This document shows, piece after piece, positions 26,273 to 39,559 of a stretch of DNA of 64,000 bases. The DNA comes from Eledone cirrhosa (lineage: Eukaryota): positions 101,370,001 through 101,434,000 of the forward strand of contig OZ024746.1 in NCBI GenBank assembly GCA_964016885.1. The letters run 5' to 3'. A model generated the notes under the pieces. The model worked only from the letters and a program-made list of their open reading frames with translations. It was not told the DNA's origin and ran no database searches. The position numbers and the translations under genes are program-made. Position 1 is the stretch's first letter; every line of letters begins with the position of its first letter.

Positions 26273-27500
26273 ATCAGCACCACCACCACCACCACCACCA
26301 CCACCACTACCACCACCACTACCACCACCATAGATGTGGTGGCCATTGGCAAGACCAGAGTTTCTGATGTAAAAGCCTCTGCAGCCATTTTCACCAGCTA
26401 CAAGGTGAACACATCTCCTAACCACCTGGGATTTGGAGATGGAGTTGCTATGTTGTACTGGAAAGACCTGCATCTTGTAATTTGGACTGTCTTACTGGCT
26501 AGTGGCCATCTATATATTGACAGGGGCCGGATGAACTGAATTCTTTAGGTGCCTGGAGAGATTTCTAGGAAAATCCCGCTCTTTAGTGTTAGTGGGTGAC
26601 TGGAATGGTACCTTGGATGCATGCTAGGACTGTGTGGGACTAGTGGAAAGGGGAGGAGGGTGTAAATGCCTTGCAACACTTTGCTCAAATGTTTGGGAGC
26701 AGTGACAAGCTGAATTGTGGGATGAACTTCACTGCCTACCCTGATAACCTTCTGCTGCTCTTGGCAACAGAGGTGGAGTGTTGTGAAAAGCCGATAACAG
26801 CCGCTGAAACGTGGGAGGCAATGACTGGCTGCACAAGGGGTAAATCACCCAATTTGGATGCTCTGCTCTACGAGCTTTATGTTTATAGACCAAATTTGTT
26901 TGGTGGCCTCTTGGCAGATGTCTACTGCATCTGGCAGAGGAATAGCCCAGTTCTGTGAGCCAAGGAGAAGTAGCACTACTGAGAAAGGACCCAAACAAAG
27001 GGATTATATTCATAATTTCAGGCCCATAACTGTACTAAATGCAGAGTTCAAAATCTTAGCCAAGGTGTTAGCAACGAGGTCAGCACTCATTATCAGTGGT
27101 TTGGTAAGAGAGGTGCAGACATGTGCCATTCTGAAGAAATCCATCCATGACAACCTCCACCTTATGTGATGCATCATAGAGAGGGTGGCTAAGGAACCTT
27201 GCATGAGGGGGGCATTGATAAACTTAGATCAATGAAAAGCATTCAATAGGGTTGACCATCGGTACCTGGCCCTCAAAGTAGCCGGCTTTGGGCCCATTTC
27301 AGAGGGTGGATTGTTGCTATGCACAGTGACATCTGCTCTATGGTTAGAGTGAACAGTCACCTCTCGGAACCATTCAACATCATGCGTTCGGTCCACCAAG
27401 GCTGTCCCCTCACGTCCTTGTATGTATTGACTCTCGAACAACTACTGCTCAAATTGGAGACATTGAAAGGTATGTTGCATGAACATGGGAGATCAGTGTC
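25489..27500 (+). mobile_element. Degraded relic related to the L1/Tx1-type element at 34128-39767
   Basis: CHNCKK*GH knuckle remnant; SRSLVLVGDWNGTLDA; GKSPNLDALLYELY; NFRPITVLNAEFKILAKVLA; RSVHQGCPL. Confidence 0.8.
26099..26330. repeat. (CAA)n/(CCA)n trinucleotide repeat
   Basis: Directly visible. Confidence 0.95.
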
Positions 27501-28059
27501 AATGCCATCAGAGGGCACCGTAGTAGAGTCAAGCAATAAATACATTGATCAGCACTACTGTCATTACTCCCACCATTACCGCCACCACTTCCACAATAAT
27601 AAAAGCTCACATTACTGAAACAACATCAACAACACTAGCAACAGAGCTGAAAGGTTAAACCAAAAAAACAACATGGCAGTGAATACTACCACTGAAGTCA
27701 ATATTAATGGCAATAACATTATCAACAAATTCAAAACCTTCACTCTGATAACCAATGACACCACCACTACGACAAACACCAATATACAAAATATAGTTCT
27801 TTCCACATAAAAACATTCTGTGTATGAAGAGACTAACAAAGGTGTGCTTACATTTGTTTAAAAAAGCTCATCAGCTTTTATCTACATAAAATTAATTTTA
27901 CATCTAATATATGCTGTGTATAATTATTTATCATTTTCTGTAAATTTTATCAGCACCTTATTTTCTATCTTCTCCAACCCCAACTTCAGCAGCAGAACTA
28001 ATGTAAAGGATGTTAAAGAGAAGAACAAGCAACACTCTGAACCGTTAAAAGGCACCTAC

Positions 28060-28307
28060 TTGTAACTCTCTATAGATTTTAGATAAGGGGCTTCTTCTTG
28101 CAACTGATGGATGATGGAATGACCGTCTTGGAGCAGCATCAACTGAGGGGCATCTAATATAGACTGCATCTGTTGCTCATGTTCCCATAATGACTGACTT
28201 GTTTCATCATAAGTGGAAGGAATGCGGTCATAGATGGTCAATTGTTTCAAAGTATCCTGCAAGTATTGGTCAACAAGCTGGCAATCATTAACAAATGGTT
28301 CCAGTTT
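28060..28307 (-). CDS. Host gene exon (3rd in window), post-Sec14 helical/spectrin-like region
   Basis: 248 bp, phase 0/2, tttttcag|AAA...TACAA|gtaggt; KLEPFVNDCQLVDQYLQDTLKQL...LLQDGHSIIHQLQEEAPYLKSIESY; AA+A joins the next exon as Lys. Confidence 0.92.
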
Positions 28308-28947
28308 CTGAAAAATAAAATGCACAAAAATAATGAAAACTGTCAAAATTAATTTTTGAAATACACCAAACATATTTTGTTGCTATTGAAAAAAATCAAG
28401 TTTAAAAATATATATATATATACATATATATGATGATGATGATGGTTGCAACTCAATTTCGAGTAATAACATCGCTTGATACTTAAGTATGAACATCATG
28501 AACATGGCTTTTAGTCCAGCTAGGGACTCACCTATCGCCAGCAATGCCATGTATCGCAAAATATATCACATATCAAGCGATGCCTGTACTTGAGGCTTTT
28601 TTAAGTGAAGAAAGGTTTTGCATGGGGCCAATCCCACTCTCTAAATATTGAATGCATTTACCGAAAAAGTAGAACTGGTCTACATCATTGGATGCAAATG
28701 AAGTCACAGGTTTTATATCAGAGAGACCTTCTCCTAGAGAGATGTCTTAATGAAGACTAGGAGTCTCTCCCTCCACAAAAACAAAAAAAGAAACTTTATC
28801 GGATGGCTGTTGACTCTTTGACAGGCTTTGTTTTTCATCCTGCAGGGTGATTGGGTTGCCGGTTTAGTCGCCAACGACCCGGCCATGCACAGGTTGTACT
28901 GGGTTACATGTTCCCAGTAGCGCTGAAGAGTGACCTGACATACATAT

Positions 28948-29022
28948 ACGGGGTCGATAAAATAAAGTACCAGTAATATACTGAAATAATTGCTGGCCTT
29001 GTGCCAAAAGTAGAAACAATTA
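28948..29022 (+). mobile_element. Truncated SINE (family A)
   Basis: acggggtcgataaaataaagtaccagt...gtagaaacaatt. Confidence 0.75.
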
Positions 29023-29275
29023 TATATATATATATATATATAGGATAACAAGGGATCATTTAAGGTAATCCAGCTAGAGGTTATGAGTACTCTGTGTCGA
29101 GGATAGTTTTAACGTACAGTGTTGTTTGACTCAACAAGAAGTTTCTTTAGTTGTGTGGCCGGTTTAAGTTCCTAGGCAGGTGGTTCTTGGAGTAATAATA
29201 GTAAAAGAATGAAGAATAACATAGTTGGCTGTACAATAGATAATAGTGTAAATATTAATACTGCTTTATATATAT

Positions 29276-29595
29276 ATCATCATTTCATTTTACGTCCGCT
29301 TTTTCCCTGCTTGCAAGGGTGGGACGGGAACTGATTCTGGCTTGATTTCTACAGCTGGATGCCCTTCCTAACACCAACCTCATTTACAGTGAGTATGGGT
29401 GCTTTTTTGCCATGGCACCTCCACGACCACTTTGCAGTGGAATGATAGGGACCCCAGTCCCTATCATCTCATTTCTACAGCTGAGTAAACTGGAGCAATG
29501 TGAAATAAAGTGTCTTGCTCAAGGAAACAACACATCACCCGGTCTGAGAATTGAACTCACAACCTTTCGATTGCAAGGCCAATGCTCTAACCACT
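29276..29595 (-). mobile_element. tRNA-derived SINE (family B) with RTE-derived 3' tail
   Basis: tRNA-like head (tggttagagc...gagttcaattct); tail shared with the RTE 3' UTR at ~1530-1650; second copy at 45517-45865. Confidence 0.8.
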
Positions 29596-29613
29596 ATATA
29601 TATATATACACAT

Positions 29614-29678
<65 letters not shown>

Positions 29679-29965
29679 ACATCTACATGAACACTGTAAA
29701 GTGTAGGTGTCACAACAAAAAGCACCTAGTACTCACTGTAAATGAGGTTGATGTAGAAACCAAGCAAAAATCAGTTCTGTATGAGCAAGATATGGTCACC
29801 TGACCTAGCATTGCCCACAACAAGACAACATGTCTAACCCATTCTAGTGTGGAATATGGATGTAAAACGGTGATGATGATGAAGATATATACACCTAATC
29901 CTAATAAACAGCATGTGAAACCACATGCTCGTATGGATGGTTGAGGAAATGAAGGAGGCCAAGTG

Positions 29966-30205
29966 GTGAGCCTCACTCAATCACAGGGTGAGCCTCACTC
30001 ACCCCCGGGGTTAGCCTCACTCATCCCCAGGGCTAGTCTCACTCATCCACGGGGTCACTCTCACTCATCCATAGGGTGAGCCTCACTCAACCACAGGGTG
30101 AGCCTCACTCATCCACAAGGTCAGCCTCACTCCTCAACAGGGTGAGCATCACTCAGCCAAAGGGTGAGTTTCACTCAGCCAAAGGGTGAGCCTCCCTCAT
30201 CCACC
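29966..30205. repeat. Diverged ~21-bp minisatellite
   Basis: Repeated gggtgagcctcactca. Confidence 0.85.
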
Positions 30206-30742
30206 CAGCATCATGGAGAACAAACATCTCTGTATGACTGCATACCACACAATTAATATGAAATCATGCAGAGTAAAGCAGGTGAGTGAGTCCCAAGTCC
30301 AAAAGACTATGGGTGCTGTATAGGCACATAAAACATACATATCCCGGGGGACAAAATAATTTGTTGCTGTTGTTGTGGTTTTCATTGTTGCTGTTGCTGC
30401 AAGGGTCATATTTTGGAGGACATAACTTGTAATTTTATGTACATCTAATATAGATTTAAAGAGAACATCAGTCACCTTACTTTTGGGACAAATCTTTGGG
30501 AATGACTTAACTAAGTTAATAAATACATGTAAGAAATACTGTAGGTGAAATCAATTCAATAGTATAGGTCTGTTCCGAAATAATTATTTGCAGGTGAGTG
30601 TCAAAATAAATACAATATTGTAGGAGAATATAAAACTAGAAGGTAAGACTATGAGTGACATTTAACAAGTCAATAACGATTTGAAGGTTGTGTTTGACAA
30701 AATGTCATATCAAAAGTAAATGTTAAGACTTTTCTGTAAGTA

Positions 30743-30787
<45 letters not shown>

Positions 30788-31109
30788 ATATTTATATATA
30801 TATATATATATATATAGGACTGTGTCAGGGATATTTTTTCTGAACACGTTATTAAAATAAGTTGGATTTGAATAAATCATGGATGAATATTATGTAATTT
30901 ATTTACTAAATTTTTAGCTCTTAATTAAACATGAATATATAATGTATTGCTTATTTTAAGATTCACTTCTTTACGGTTAGCATTGTTATATAAGACATAG
31001 CCATACGCTATATCACATCACTTATATAAACGTTCATATTGGACCTTTGTTGATATCATAACAATGAAAAGTTGACCATAACAGGTTTTCAACTGTTGGA
31101 ACAAATCAT

Positions 31110-32680
31110 CATGGCTTGGCTTTGTAAATAAAGGTTATGAAGAGGGTGGTCCATGTTGACTGCAGGTACGTTGGTGGCTGTTCTGGATAATGTGACACAG
31201 GCAGGCATGGCCACAGTGGCTGCAGTTAAAGGTCTGGTCAGAGTTTAATGAGTTGATGTTGTGGTTCTTCCTCCTCTGCCTGTTGTCCTTGAGGGAGGCT
31301 CTGCAGGTGTTTTCAAAGGAGACAGCATGGTTGATGTTGAGATGTCAGATGTCACAGTTCTCAGCTAGGGTGGATCACTGGTGATGGTCGATGTGACTAG
31401 CACCAAGGGATTTTCTCAAACAGTCCCTGTATCACTTCGTTGGTGCCCCCTGTCACAGTGGCCAGTGGAGAGTTCATCATACAGCATGATCCTGGGCAGG
31501 TGATGACCCTTCATCCTGGAGATGTGCCCTGCCTTGTGTAGTTGGGACTTCAGCAGCATGGCCTCGATGCTGGTGACCTCCGCCCATTCAAGGACTTCAA
31601 CATTGGTGACAAAGTCTCTCCAGTGGATGTTGAGGATAGTGCAGAGGCAGCGCTGGTGGAAGCACTCGAGGAGTCGAAAGTAGTAGTGATATGTGACCCA
31701 TGACTCTGAGCCACATATGAGGGTGGTAAGGACTATTGCTCTGTACACTCTGATCTTGCTGCCCTTCTTCAGATGTTTGTTGTTACACATGCATCTGTAC
31801 AGTCTGCCAAATGCACTGCTCACCTTTGTCAGTCTGTTGCTGATTTCCCTGTCACTCTAGGCATCAGATGTGATAGTACACCCCAGGTAGGTGAAGTGAT
31901 GGACTGGTTTCAGTTGAATCTCACCAATGGTGATATGGGTAGGGTGGTACTCTTCCTGAAGTACAGGCTGGTTGAGTACGCTGACTTCTTTAAATTGACT
32001 TCCAGGCCAAAGAACTGGGCAGCTCCTGTGAAGCAGGAAGTGATGCACTGCAAGGCTCTTTCTGTGTGAGCAACAAGAGCAGCATCATTGGCAAAGAGGA
32101 GGTCTCGGATCAGTTGTTCCAGGGTCTTTGTGTGGGTCTGTAGGCCATGCAGATTAAATAGGCTGCCATCAAGTTGGTATCTGATGTAGACTTCGTCCTC
32201 ATCATCAAGATCTTCTGTGGCCTGCTTGAACATCATGTTAAAGAAGTTGGTGAACAGAGTTGGTGCCAGGATGCAATCCTGCTTCACTCAATTGATGATC
32301 GGGAAGGGCTCTGAGAAGTCACTGCTGAGTCTGACTTGGCCACACTGGCCTTCCTGAAGCTGGCTGACCATGCTCAGGAACTTTGGGGGACAGCTGAGTC
32401 ATTCCATGATCTACCACATTCCATTTCTGCTGTCACATTCTATCAAAAGCTTTAGTCAAATCAATGAACACCACTTACAGCCCTTTATTTCGCTTTCAGC
32501 ACTTCTCTTGGAGCTGCCTAAGAACAAACACCATGTCTGTGGTGCTCCTGTTGACTCTGAAGAGGTGTTCTTCTGCAATGGTAGGTACCAGACTGTTTAG
32601 CAACATCCTTACAAGGATTTTCCCCGCAACAGTGAGCAGAGTAATCCCCTGGTAATTTGAGCAGTCTGACTTTTCCCCTT
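31110..32680 (-). mobile_element. Degraded RTE-BovB-like LINE (RT to 3' end)
   Basis: KQDCILAPTLF, IRDLLFAND, HFTYLGCTI, LICGSESW, FHQRCL, AGHISRM motifs. Confidence 0.88.
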
Positions 32681-33285
32681 TGTGCAGCTTTCTTCACAGG
32701 GTAAGATGGCTGAGCTAAGTGGGCTTGGTGGGTAGGTCTATTCTTCAACAGAAAATACCACAAAGTATTTTGTCAGATAAATAACTCTGCCAATCAACCA
32801 CCTTTCATAAATAATCAATATCTTAATCTCTCCAAAATAATCAATAGCTTAACCTCTCCCTGCAACAATCCACTATGTCGATATTTCATTTCATATATAG
32901 AAGCATTACATGGTTGCATGAGAACGTTCCATTAGGGATATGATGCAAGTTTTGACTGGTATGAATTTCCAAAATATCTCTTCTGTATTTATTTCAGCTC
33001 TTAGTCCACTCATGCAAACAGAATTAAGATGAGAGGCAAATAAAACATCTACTTCCAAATCCAAGTTTTGATGATTCATTTTCTTAACCTACTACTTCAG
33101 AGGATATTATCAAGATTAAAAACTATAGACATCTTTAAACTCTTTAGCATTTAAACTGGCCGAATCTGGCCAGAATTATCTCACCTCTTTCTCTTCAAAC
33201 CGACTGTAACCAGATGTTCATACTTATGATAAGGTAATGTTCTCAAAATAAATAATATCAAGATCTCATAAATTCGATAAAATAA

Positions 33286-34127
33286 TTATGTGAGGTAAAG
33301 CCTTTACTGTGACAATACAATAGTATATATAGAGTAATGTAAATGTTATGTGAGATATTATGTGAGGTAAAGCCTTTACTGTGACAATACAATAGTATAT
33401 ATAGAGTAATGTAGATGTTATGTGAGATATTATGTGAGGTAAAGACTTTACTGTGACAATACAATAGTAAATATAGAGTAATGTAAATGTTATGTGAGAT
33501 ATTATGTGACGTAAAGCCTTTACTGTGAAAATACAATAGTATATATAGAGTAATGTAGATGGTATGTGAGATATTATGTGAGGTAAAGCCTTTACTGTGA
33601 CAATACAATAGTAAATATAGAGTAATGTAAATGTTATGTGAGATATTATGTGACGTAAAGCCTTTACTGTGAAAATACAATAGTATATATAGAGTAATGT
33701 AGATGGTATGTGAGATATTATGTGAGGTAAAGCCTTTACTGTGACAATACAATAGTAAATATAGAGTAATGTAAATGTTATGTGAGATATTATGTGACGT
33801 AAAGCCTTTACTGTGAAAATACAATAGTATATATAGAGTAATGTAGATGGTATGTGAGATATTATGTGAGGTAAAGCCTTTACTGTGACAATACAATAGT
33901 ATATATAGAGTAATGTAGATGGTATGTGAGATATTATGTGAGGTAAAGCCTTTACTGTGACAATACAATAGTAAATATAGAGTAATGTAAATGTTATGTG
34001 AGATATTATGTGACGTAAAGCCTTTACTGTGAAAATACAATAGTATATATAGAGTAATGTAGATGGTATGTGAGATATTATGTGAGGTAAAGCCTTTACT
34101 GTGACAATACAATAGTATATATAGAGT
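33286..34127. repeat. 60-bp minisatellite, left part (~14 copies)
   Basis: Unit ttatgtgaggtaaagcctttactgtgacaatacaatagtatatatagagtaatgtaaatgttatgtgagata-type with 60-bp period. Confidence 0.95.
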
Positions 34128-34364
34128 GGTTTCTTTATTTGCCACTAGGGCACAAAAGGTAGGGACAGATACAAGGGGGGAAGTTTACATATAATTAACG
34201 AGTACAAAAATATAACAATGAAATAACAACAACAAACGAAGTCCTCAATAGGGAGGGGGCATTAACATGGGTCGCACACACCCCGGAAAAAATGTGTAAC
34301 CCTTCTCCTCAGGAGCACAAAGAGTAGGTGCTTCCCTCGTCTCTGCTTTTTCCTCTTCTTTCAC

Positions 34365-37300
34365 CTACAGGCTGATATAGAGAGAAGACCCATTCACTCT
34401 GGCCATTCTCCCTACTTTCACCCACCTTTCATAAAACTTGCTGGGGTAGAGCACCTCTCTCTCCATTCTGATCCTTCTTTTAAAATGGTATTTGAAAAAG
34501 GGGACCAGTTGTTGGCCGGAGAGAAGGGTGTCTGACCTCAGCCCTTTCAGCCTCGTCCACCATACAACTTCTTTAGCCATGGCTACCACACAGAGAAAAA
34601 CCGCCTCTCCTTCGTTTTTGAAAGGGGGGGGCGGTTTGATCGTGACAATGGACTCGGTGGTCAACCGGATTGGTCCCACCCTCGACAGTAGTCGTTCCAC
34701 ATAGCCCCACAGGTCAGCAATGCCTGGGCAGTGTACGAATGCGTGCGCAACGGTTTCGTCATCATGCACGCATCTCGGACAGATCTTATTCAAAGGATCT
34801 CTACCCAGGCTCCCATGCCTGTGGAGCTTGTCTCGAACGGGTAGAGCCCCTCGGTAGCACTGCCAAGCCAGGGACTTTTGGAAGTTGTCCATCGGTCCAG
34901 GGCCAAACGTCCTACCGAACAGACTGGCCAGTTCATCTTCCTCCATGCCTAGAGCTTCTCCGAGAGCATCGTCGCACCTGCTGCGTACCAACCCTCTATA
35001 GAATGTCGAGGTGGAGTCTCCACTGATTGCCGGGTCCGCTTTCCAGAGGGCCGTGAGCGCCTGGGCACATTCAATGTGCCAGTCGCCCACTTTTCTCGGT
35101 CTTTGCTTGACCCAGGATTGCAGCTCGGTGAGCGAGACGAGTCTGGGAAAGGCTCGCCTCACAAACGGGGCCCACACCGGTTGACCGGTGAGGAATACCT
35201 GGAGGTGCCGTAGCCTTAATGCGTGTTTACGCATCTGTAGCCACGGCATCCCCAGCCCTCCTTTCGAAGGGTGTTGACAGCAGATGGATCTCCTCACCAA
35301 AGGGGTCCGCTTGTTCCAAAGAAATTGGAACAGCGCGCACTCCATTTTGGCGAGTCTTTTCACTGGGCAAGGCACGACGGTCAAGCGGTAGTAGATGACG
35401 GATGCTATATAAGTATTCGCCACCTCCGCTCGACCTTTCAGGGATAGTTTGCACTGGGCCCACTTCTGGGTGAGTGCAAACACCCTGGCCGTTACCTCGT
35501 TCCAGTTTTTCTCCACCTGGAGGTCTGGTCCGAACCAGACCCCAAGCAGCTTCACCGGGCCCTCCGTCCAGCGTCCGACGACGTCGTTGGAGGGCATCGG
35601 TTTGCCTCTCCATGTTCCGAGTTGCAAACCGACGGACTTGTCCCGGTTCAGCTTGGCTCCTGTAAACCTTTCATATTCCTCCAGTAAGGTGCCGATCTCA
35701 CCGATTTGCGAGGTTTTCGACACCATTACTGTCACGTCATCGGCGTAGGCCGACGCCGCTTTCTGCAATCCCGGTTCCAAAGGGATGCCCTGCAACCGCT
35801 CCAACTTCCGCAGTAGTGGCTCAAGAGCCAGCACATACAGTAGGGAGGAGAGAGGGCATCCCTGTCGGATGGATCGCATGATTTGGAACGGCTCCGAGAG
35901 GTGGCCGTTCACCTTGACCCTTGAGCAGACGTTGCTGCTGTGCATCGCAGCAATCCAACCCCTGAAAACGGGTCCGAAGCCTGCCGCCGCGAGCACCGCA
36001 TCCAGGTAACGATGGTCAACCCTATCGAAAGCTTTAGATTGATCCAAGTTGATCAGGGCCCCACCAAAGCCGGGTTCATTCCCTACCCTCTCTATGATGT
36101 ATCGCATAAGGTGGAGATTGTCGTGAATGGACCTGGACGGGATTGCGCATGTCTGCGCTTCTCCCACCAGGTTTCCAACGACAAGCGCCAACCTCTTCGC
36201 TAACACCTTGGCCAAAATCTTTAACTCTGTATTTAGCAGAGTTATGGGCCTGAAGTTACTTATGTCATCCCCCTTGTTCTCATCCTTCCTCACCAGCGTA
36301 ACTACGCCCTTGGTCACAGAACTGGGAATTCTCCCGTTCTGCTGCCAGTTGCAGTAGACCGCTTCGAGGATATCGGAGAACAAGTCCGGCATCGCTACAT
36401 ATAGCTCGTATGGTAGACCATCGAGACCCGGGGATTTGCGTTTGCCGCATTGGCTCAGCGCCGCCCCTATCTCAGCAGCTGAAATCGTCCTTTCGCAGGA
36501 CTTCGCCTCCGCGTCCGAGAGGCGCGGCAGACCGTCGAGGTATGGATTGAAATCCATAGTCTCACCCGGCGCGCCGCCCCTCTCGAACAGTCGTGCAAAG
36601 TGCCGCTGAAAGGCCGCACACATCTGCCCAGGTTCAAGGATCACACGCCCATCCTGGTCCTTCAAAGACCGAATCGTGGACTTGTTCCCACTTTTTGCCT
36701 CTGTCACTCGGGCCCAGCTTACAGCTTTGGCTCCCTCATTACCCAGAGCACGTATTTTACTCCTGACAACGCAGCCTTCATGCTTCACCTCAAAGAACTG
36801 GTCTAAGGCCATTCTTGATGCTAGCATGCCGGCTACATTGCCACTCCTAATCGCCTCTTCTACTCTATCTACTAATTCCCTTTCCGTCTTGTTCCTATCC
36901 CTTGCTAATTCCTGACTAAAACCTATCGATTCTATTCTAATTGCTCTCTTAAGAGAGCTCCACCACCTGTTGTTGACAATTGCCCCTGTCAAACTCTGCT
37001 TAACTAACGTGCTAATCCGTTTACTGTAAGCTTTGCTTCTCGGTAAGGACAAGTTCAGCTTCCAGTAACCGGGTCCCTGTCTATGGGTTCTATCAAGGTT
37101 GGCTATGCAGGTCACTAACTTGTGATCCGAATAGTCAACCATGAACATTTTTGGACAGCTAAATGTGTCCCTATCCTTCTCTCTAACTAGGACCCTATCT
37201 AGGTACGACCTAGATGTTCCACTGCGATTGGTCCACGTCCATAGTGGTACAGTCGGAAAATCTAGTCGATATCTATCGGCCAGGTCAAATCGGCCGATTA

Positions 37301-37801
37301 GCCTTTTGAGGCTTTTACACCCCCCTCTATTGGCACATGCCCCTACATAGTCCCAACGTGCATCCAGGATACCATTCCAGTCCCCCACTAAAAGCAAGGA
37401 GCGGGACGTTCCCAGAAAAGTTTCCAGACGTTGGAAGTATTCCGGCCGCGCTGCCCAAAAAGGGGCGTACACAGCTATTAGTCTAAGGGCTCCACTTTCA
37501 CTACTGCCGACGTCTAAAACCACCAGTCGACCCTCCGGGTCCAGGTGCACCTTCTGTATGGCGAGGCCCAGGTGTTTTCGCAGCAGAACGACAACTCCAC
37601 CCCCACCCCCGGTTGACAGAGAGATGCGAAGATCTCAAAGTCGTCGAAGAGGGGCGCCAGTTGGTGCTCGCTGCTGATCCTGGACTCGCAAATAGCCATT
37701 ACATCCATTCTACGCGACCTGAGATCGTTTAAAAGTTTGCCTTGTTTCCAAGACAGTCCTAGGCCACGTACATTCAGACACCCAACTCTTATATCAGCCA
37801 T
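34365..37801 (-). CDS. Retrotransposon ORF2: APE endonuclease + reverse transcriptase + C-terminal Zn finger; one frameshift near 37595-37612
   Basis: GCLNVRGL..E, VGDWNG, SYLDR, YSDH (APE); KSPGLDG, NFRPITLLN, KAFDRV, IRQGCPLS, AYADD (RT); CPRC..ETVAHAFVHC. Confidence 0.95.
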
Positions 37802-37822
37802 GTTGGTTAAAAGAGGAAGGAC

Positions 37823-39559
37823 CTACCTGTTCGGCTCCTGAGGAGCAGGTTGCACAATATCCATGGGCGTATTGGAGGGGTTGTTTGGTGGGGTGTTGTT
37901 CTGTGGTGGAGTGGGGGTGTTTGGTGAGGTGTGGGTGGGGAAACGTTTCAAGAGGACGCGGTTATAGGGTCGAGTACATGTTTTCCCCACGTCCTCAGGA
38001 AAGTTCTCTCTTAGTTTTGCATAGGTGTCCATTGGGAGTCTTATCATTTTTAAATGCGGTTTGTTGGCCGCGCTTGCAAAGAATTGCCCTTCAGTTTCCA
38101 CCAAAGGGTCTTTGTGTATTGTTTTTACTAGTTCTTTGTTATTTGTGTTAATGTATGTATACTGTTTTATTTGTGTTGTGTTTGTTTGTTGTTCTTGTGT
38201 GTGCTTATGTTTTGTTGTATGTGTTATGTTTTGGGGTGGGGCGGATTTTGTTTGTTCTGTTTGTTTTGTTTTTGTTGGTGGTTGTGTGTTTGTTTCGTTT
38301 ATGTTCGAGTGGTGCTTTCTTTTTTTCCTTTTTACAGGTTGGAAGGGTTCCCCCTCTTCGTCACTAGGTGCCGTTTCCGCTGGGTCCTCGTCCGTGCTGT
38401 CGGGTAGTGGTGTATTTTGGGGTTTTGTTGTATTTGTGTGTGTTTTGGGAGTTGTTTTGGGTGGGGCCGTGTCTTGTGTTATTTTTCCGTGTTGTTTTTG
38501 TTGTTGTTGTGGTGGTGGTGGTGGAGGTGGTGGTGGTGGTGGCGGTGGTGGTGTGTGGGGTGTAGGCAAAAGAGCCTTTTTTTTTGTCAATTGAGGACAA
38601 GCAGCCCTTAGATGACCCCTGCTTGAACAGTAGTAACATATGGGCCTCCTACCCTCGGCTGAAATATATATAAATGTTTCTCCATCGAGGGACACCCTCT
38701 GTGGTATTCTAGCTATTCGTTCTGGTCTCATTTGGACCAGAACCTCCACGCTCAAACCGCCGAAAACGTCTGTGGTGACTTCTCCTACTGAGAGGATTCC
38801 GTCCTCGTCTTCTAAAAATCCTGTTAGTACCCAGGAAATGCATGCATTTGGCCGGATTCCGGAGACCCTTATCTTCTGCGTTCTTTTCCCTAAATATGTG
38901 GGGAAAAATGTATGTAGCTTGGAAACAATTGGTGCCACAGAGTATTTCCTGGCCGTCAGTTGATCCTTCATTAGGACCGTTATATTCCCATAGGGTGGCC
39001 CTTTTTGTATGAACGATATATCACTCCACACATTTTTTAGGACCAGCTCAATCTCTTTTTGGGATAATTGAGTTGGTTTCCTTGTTATGTTGGAAATTGT
39101 TCTGAAAGATATCGTTCTTAGCGTCGTGTCTCTTTTGATTTCTTGTGGGGAGGTGATTGTGAAGTCTCCTCCTTCTTTGAAAGTTACATACTGTTTCGCT
39201 TCCTTCATCTTTTCTCTCAGAGTTGTAATGTCCAGTTGCTTGCAGGTTTGTGTTTTCCGGACCGCCTGTGCAAAGGAGGTACCAGTAGTGGGTTCGCTTT
39301 GTTTGGTGTTATCGTTATTTTTTCCTTGGTTGGTGTTGTGACTATTGCTGTTATTGTCGTTGTTGTTTTTGTCTGCGTTTATGTGACTTTCTGGGTTTTC
39401 ACCCATCTTTACAAATTTTTCTTTTAATTCCGTGTTCCATGTTTCTTTTGCAGAAGTCAGGAGGGAAGACTTAGAGCCTTGTGCTTCTAGCTTCTCTGTA
39501 TCACCTTTCTTAGGGGGCGTGGCTTTCACGTTAGGATGAGATGTGAAAATTCCGTCCAT
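37823..39559 (-). CDS. Retrotransposon ORF1, gag-like with CCHC zinc knuckle
   Basis: Long open frame; first ATG MDGIF; SFAQAV motif; CYYCSSRGHLRAAC; Pro/Thr-rich tail; basic KRKKRKH. Confidence 0.88.
   Translation of the reverse strand: MDGIFTSHPNVKATPPKKGDTEKLEAQGSKSSLLTSAKETWNTELKEKFVKMGENPESHINADKNNNDNNSNSHNTNQGKNNDNTKQSEPTTGTSFAQAVRKTQTCKQLDITTLREKMKEAKQYVTFKEGGDFTITSPQEIKRDTTLRTISFRTISNITRKPTQLSQKEIELVLKNVWSDISFIQKGPPYGNITVLMKDQLTARKYSVAPIVSKLHTFFPTYLGKRTQKIRVSGIRPNACISWVLTGFLEDEDGILSVGEVTTDVFGGLSVEVLVQMRPERIARIPQRVSLDGETFIYISAEGRRPICYYCSSRGHLRAACPQLTKKKALLPTPHTPPPPPPPPPPPPPPQQQQKQHGKITQDTAPPKTTPKTHTNTTKPQNTPLPDSTDEDPAETAPSDEEGEPFQPVKRKKRKHHSNINETNTQPPTKTKQTEQTKSAPPQNITHTTKHKHTQEQQTNTTQIKQYTYINTNNKELVKTIHKDPLVETEGQFFASAANKPHLKMIRLPMDTYAKLRENFPEDVGKTCTRPYNRVLLKRFPTHTSPNTPTPPQNNTPPNNPSNTPMDIVQPAPQEPNR

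Noticed and set aside
33258-34145. 295-aa repetitive ORF
   Set aside because: Translation of the 60-bp minisatellite.
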